Shown one piece after another: positions 58,970-64,000 of a DNA stretch of 64,000 bases. Within the stretch, counting starts at the first letter, position 1, and the number at the start of each line of letters is the position of its first letter. The stretch is taken from contig OZ024760.1 of NCBI GenBank assembly GCA_964016885.1, forward strand, positions 34,348,001 through 34,412,000, in the 5' to 3' direction. The stretch comes from Eledone cirrhosa. Lineage: Eukaryota. The position numbers were made by a program, and so were the translations under genes. The notes under the pieces were generated by a model that was not told the origin of the DNA, did no database searches, and saw nothing but the letters and a program-made list of their open reading frames with translations.

Positions 58970-60230
58970 GGTTGTGGTGGTGGTGGAGTGGTTGTGGTAG
59001 TGTTACTGGTGGTGGTGTAGTGGTTGTGGTGGTGGAGTGGTTGTGGTGGTGGTGGAGTGGTTGTGGTGGTGGTGGTGGAGTGGCTGTGGTGGTGGTGGTG
59101 ACGGTGGAGTGATTGTGGTTATGTTGCTGGTCGTGATGGTGGTGGTGGAGTGGTTGTGGTGGCGGTGCTGGTGGAGTGGTTGTGGTGGTGGTGCTGGTGG
59201 AGTGGTTGTGGTGGTAGTGCTGGTGGAGTGGTTGTGGTGGTGTTGCTGGCGGAGTGGTGGTGATGGTGGTGGTTGTGGTGTTGGTGGCAGTGGTGGTCGT
59301 GATGGAGTGATTGTGGTTGTGTTGCTGGTGGTGGTGGTTGTGGTGCTGGTGGAGTGGTTGTGGTAGTGTTGCTGGTGGTGGTGGTGGTGGAGTGGTTGTG
59401 GTAGTGTTGCTGGTGGTGGTGGAGTGGTTGTGGTGGTGGTGGAGTGGTTGTGGTAGTGTTGCTGGTGGTGGTGTAGTGATTGTGGTGGAGTGGTGGTGGT
59501 GGAGTGGTTGTGGTGGTGGTGGTGGTGGTGGTGATTATAGAGTGGTTGTGTTGCTGGTGGTGGTGGTGGTGCTGGTGGAGTGGTCGTGGTGCTGGTGGAG
59601 TGGTTGTGGTGGTGGTGTAGTGGTTTTGGTGGTGTTGCTGGTGGTGGTGGAGTGGTTGTGGTGGTGTTACTGGTGTTGGTGGAGTGGTGGTGGTGGAGTG
59701 ATTGTGGTTGTGTTGCTGGTGTTGGTGGTTGTGGTAGTGGTTGAGTGGTGGTGGTGGTAGTAGCAGTGGTGCTGGTGGAGTGGTTGTGGTGGAGTGATTG
59801 TGGTTGTGTTGCTGGTGGTGGTGCTGGTGTTGCTGGAGTGGTGGTGGTGGTGGTGCTGGTGGTCGTGGTGATAGTGGAGTGATTGTGGTTGTGGCGGTGG
59901 TGCTGGTGGTGGTGGAGTGGTTGTGGTGGTGGCGGTGCTGGTGGAGTGGTTGTGGTGGTGTTGCTGGTGGTGGTGGAGTGGTTGTGGTGGTGTTACTGGT
60001 GTTGGTGGAGTGGTGGTGGTGATGGTGGAGTGATTGTGGTTGTGTTGCTGGTGTTTGTGGTGGTGGTGGTGGTAGTAGCAGTGGTGCTGGTGGAGTGGTT
60101 GTGGTGGTGGTGGCAGTGGTGGTGGTGATGGTGGAGTGATTGTGGTTGTGTTGCTGGTGGTGTTGGAGTGGTGGTGGTAGTGGTGCTGGTGGAGTGGTTG
60201 TGGTGGTGGTGCTGGTGGTGGTAGAGGGGT
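58970..60230. repeat. (GGT)n-based compound repeat with recurrent GGTGGAGTGGTTGT
   Basis: Direct reading. Confidence 0.93.
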
Positions 60231-61963
60231 GGAAGAAGTAGAAGAAGAATATATTTTCACCACTGAACCAGATAACTGCTTTGTTTTAAACCAAACTGGA
60301 CAATTGTTCTAATGACCACTTCAGTTTACTGAATAATAGGTACATTGTATTTAAGTTGATAGAAACAGCACTATACTCCATTGAGAATAACAGCTAGAAT
60401 GAAGCAGTTCTCTTTCTAACTTTGCTGGAGTTAAGGTTAAAACATAAATAACAGCTAAAGTGTCACATTATAGTAGCTTGGAAAACACCAACACCTTTTG
60501 AACGATTTCTACCAGAACATATGATCAATATTTGCAAGGAGCCAATTGTGTAGGCAATAGTTAACAATACCTGTAGGATTTTAAAATTCAACATAGAAAG
60601 AAAGCAGGAGGCATTAAAAGCTATTCAGTGGAGTGCTTTACAAATGGTTAACTCTCTCATTATAATATTCCTAATGAAAGATACTGTCTGTGGCATTCAA
60701 ATAAATATAAACACTTTAACCCTTTCATTACCATATTTCTATGACACTACCTATGTCATTAACCCTTTCATTACCATATGTTTAATGAAAGACAGTCTAT
60801 GATTTTCACATACTTTTGAAAATAATCAAGAATTTGGAAGGATTTAGTAATATAACTAATTTTTTCATTATTAAGCGGTTGTTTGGAGCATAACTTAACA
60901 CAGGTTCTTACATAATATCATGAGGAAAATTTTTTAGATAGATATAATTACTCTCCCTATCATTAAAACACTCAGAAACTGCCTGAGATGCAGCATTATA
61001 AGAGGCCAGCTAAACTTACATAGAGGTGAGCTGAGACTGAACTGCGACCCCCTATCATTAAAACATCTTGGAAATCTCCTATAAAATACAACCTCATAGG
61101 AGGCCAGCTAAACTTACTATATATACTCATATATAAGCTGAGAAATGTGTGACAGAAAATCAATGGCCAGCTTATATTCAAAGTCAATATTCCATGTAAA
61201 TAAGATGCTAAAATATTTTTGCTTTGGAAGTGAATATTACACCAGTTACACTTTGGAGGGGAAATTTGTTTTTCCTGTTGTTGTTTTTTATGTATTTTGA
61301 AAAAATTTGGCCTTCAAAATGGTCAGAAAATCATTATGTAAAAGAATTGTGAAACATTAACTATACTCTAACTGGTACTTAAAACATTTTGAATATCAAA
61401 ATATTAGAACTTCGTAAATATATTCTCCTCTCATAAGAATTTCAAAACTGTATTGTCTAAATATAATGTGTTGATTAGCTGCCCCGGCTTATAAATGAGG
61501 TTTGGATATTTGCCTGTTTCTCAGACATAAAATAGGGACTGGGCTTATATTTGATTATATACTGTACATATGTCTGAGCTGTAACAACATGATATCCACA
61601 CACACACACACACACACACGCACACACACACATATATATATATATGTGATAGAACTGGGGCCTCTATCATTAAAAGACACCAGAAATCTTCTTTGAGATG
61701 CAAGCTTGTAACAGGCCAGTTAAACTAAATTAAATCTGAGCTCTAACAACAACAAATTCATATGAACATACCCCTCCCCCCCATTCCCAAATCATATATA
61801 TGTGTGTATAAATCTATGTATGTGTGTGTGTATGTATATATATATATATATATATATATCCAGAATCAGACAGATCCACACAATGATCGCGTCTCGAGCT
61901 GTCTGCCGGCGAAACAATTGTAACACACAATAAATTGAGTTCAGATGCATTTTTTGTTATATA

Positions 61964-64000
61964 TCATCATCATCATCATCATTTTACATCCGCTCTTCCC
62001 TGCTTGCAAAGGTGGGACGGGTCTTATTCAGCACAGCATCTCTCCACTTGTCACGGTCCTTCGTCATCTCCACCGTGAGCTTCAGCGATCTGAGGTCTGT
62101 TCTCACCACCTGCGCCCATGTTTTTCGTGGTCTACCTCTACCACGTCTTCCTTCAACTGGCATTTCCTGGCACTTCTTCACCCATCGGTCATCCTCCATG
62201 TGCATCACATGTCCATACCACCTCAGCCTCCTCTCTCGCACACTACATTCTATCCCTCTCAGACAGTTTCTCTCTCAACACATTCATGCTGGGTCGTTCA
62301 CGCACATTGACATTGCACATCCAACGGAGCATGCTTGCCTCATTTCTCTCCAGCCGTCGCATATCCTCTGCAGTTGCTGCCCATGTCTCACTACCATGCA
62401 GCATCGCGCTCCTCACACAGGCATCATATAACCGGCCTTTCGTACGGAGGGAGAAACTCTTCTTCGTCAGCAGAGGAAGCAGCTCCCTAAACTTCTTCCA
62501 ACCCGTCGTTATTCTAGATACTATAGCCTCGGAACACCCCCTCCCATGCTAATCTGATCTCCTAGGTACCGGAAGCTATCCACCACTTCTATAGCACCCG
62601 CCTGTATTTGAAAAATGTGTCTATCAATGCGACTTCTACTGTCTAATTTCCCTGTACATTTACTGCATATGTATTTCTCCCTACCTGTTAGTTTGCCTGC
62701 TATCCCGCTACATCTCTTGTGTACCCAGGATCTGCATTGTGTGCATTTTATAGAATTTATGCCAGTTCCTTTTCTGCATATCGAACATGGCCATTTCCCT
62801 GACGGAATCAGAGTTTTGTCCTCTTTTCTACTCATCAACACTTTCGTCTTAGCTAGGTTCACTCTCAGTCCTCTTGCTTCGAACTGCTGTCTCCATAGCC
62901 AGAATTTATTCTCTAGCCCCTCTACTGATTCTGCTATAAGAATCAGATCGTCAGCTTGGAGGACTATAATGAACAAGAGCGGGCTGAGGACCGAACCTTG
63001 ATGTACTCCTACTTGTATCTGGAATTCCTCACTAAACTCCATTTCTACGCTGACTTTACTGACAGTACTTCTGTACAAAGTTTGCACTGTCCTTACCAGC
63101 CATTCCTCAACACCTGGTTTCCTTAGGGACCACCAGATGACAGATCGGGGTACCCTATCAAAGGCTAAGTATAGTGGCATATTTTTCTCTAAGAACCTCT
63201 CTTCTAATTGTCTCACCAAGAAGAGGGCATCTGTTGTACTTTTCCCAGGCACAAAACCAAACTGCATCTCATCTAGTTTGACCCTTTCTCTAATTAGTGC
63301 TAATATCCTTTCTGCCACTTTCATCAGTTTTATACCCCTATAATTACTCCTCTCCAGAGCATCCCCTTTACCTTTGTAGCAATTTATGAGAATACTGCTG
63401 CACCAGTCTTTGGGCATGGCACCACCATATATAGCCTGATTGATGATGCGTGCAACCAGTTTAGTGCCTACGTCCCCTGATGCCTTCAGCATCTCAGCAA
63501 CTATCCCCGATGGTCCAGCAGCCTTACCATTTTTCATTTCCTTAATCGCCTCTTGGACCCTATATTCTCTCTCCCATTCATTCGCCACATTCATCAGTCT
63601 CTCATAATGACATTTCCAGGCCTCCTTTTTCTGATCATTCATGACACTAAGTACACCGGCATCATTCCGGACACATTTATCTCCAACAACATGCTGATTT
63701 GCATTGACACACTGCCTTGCAATGTGGAACACCGCACGCCTCTGATCTTCCCGTCGCAGAACATTAGCAAACCTCCTACTCTCAGCCTCCCTGCGTGCTA
63801 AGTACACCTGACGTCTAACTTCTCTCTTAGCGGTTGTATATCCTTCCCTACTTCCACCCTTTTTCCAAGCCTTCCATGCTAGTCTTTTGTCTCTAATGGC
63901 CTTATCTACTGTGCTGTTCCACCACCAGGTCACTATCTGTCTGGTTGGAGCTCTGCTCCAGCCACAAGTTTCATCAGTAGCCTGCAGTAAGTTGTCATGT
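61964..64000 (-). mobile_element. RTE LINE, divergent subfamily, decayed, continues beyond window
   Basis: ORF 62521-63933 ([28 protein letters not shown]-like finger) and ORF 61984-62241 ending directly at the (GAT)n tail. Several small in-frame deletions. Confidence 0.92.

Noticed and set aside
57893-60263. Pro/Ser-, Gly/Asp- and Trp/Val-rich ORFs resembling extensin or mucin
   Set aside because: Translations of (CAC/CAT)n and (GGT)n repeats with no splice or unique-domain evidence.
60716-60780. piggyBac-like MITE end (TTAACCCTTTCATTACCATA x2)
   Set aside because: Only direct copies were found, with no matching inverted terminus.
56720-61960. Host gene exons in the semi-unique AT-rich region
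   Set aside because: No ORF with recognisable domains; small exons cannot be excluded without RNA-seq.

Overview
Eukaryotic, apparently gene-free, repeat-saturated window. The SINE-like families and extreme (TA)n content suggest a coleoid cephalopod such as octopus; this is an inference from recalled repeat motifs, not a database result. Positions 1-50 kb are a mosaic of long TG-interrupted (TA)n arrays with retroelements embedded in them: three Penelope-like elements (PLEs), three CR1-group LINE copies, RTE-clade LINEs, a 4-copy ~610-bp non-autonomous RTE derivative, three ~100-bp RTE tails and tRNA-derived SINEs. Positions 50-64 kb hold a 3-kb 45-50-bp satellite, a fourth PLE remnant, a deleted Tc1/mariner, decayed RTE pieces and trinucleotide repeats. 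No host exon is supportable, and the many Y/I/M/C/V ORFs are microsatellite translations. Most notable: (1) at least seven type-I hammerhead ribozyme motifs, several as solo islands in TA arrays, some with very long or exchanged stem II; (2) the spacing of G/C interruptions works as a barcode and reveals a hidden ~240-bp-arm inverted duplication beside a solo hammerhead, a ~200-bp templated copy at an RTE 5' junction, and microsatellite shared along with LINE tails; (3) strong strand polarity of A>G interruptions; (4) an in-frame T-TTT-TTA heptamer linking ORF1 to an ORF2 with no upstream ATG in a CR1-group LINE; (5) RTE 3' UTRs containing a SINE-like module.
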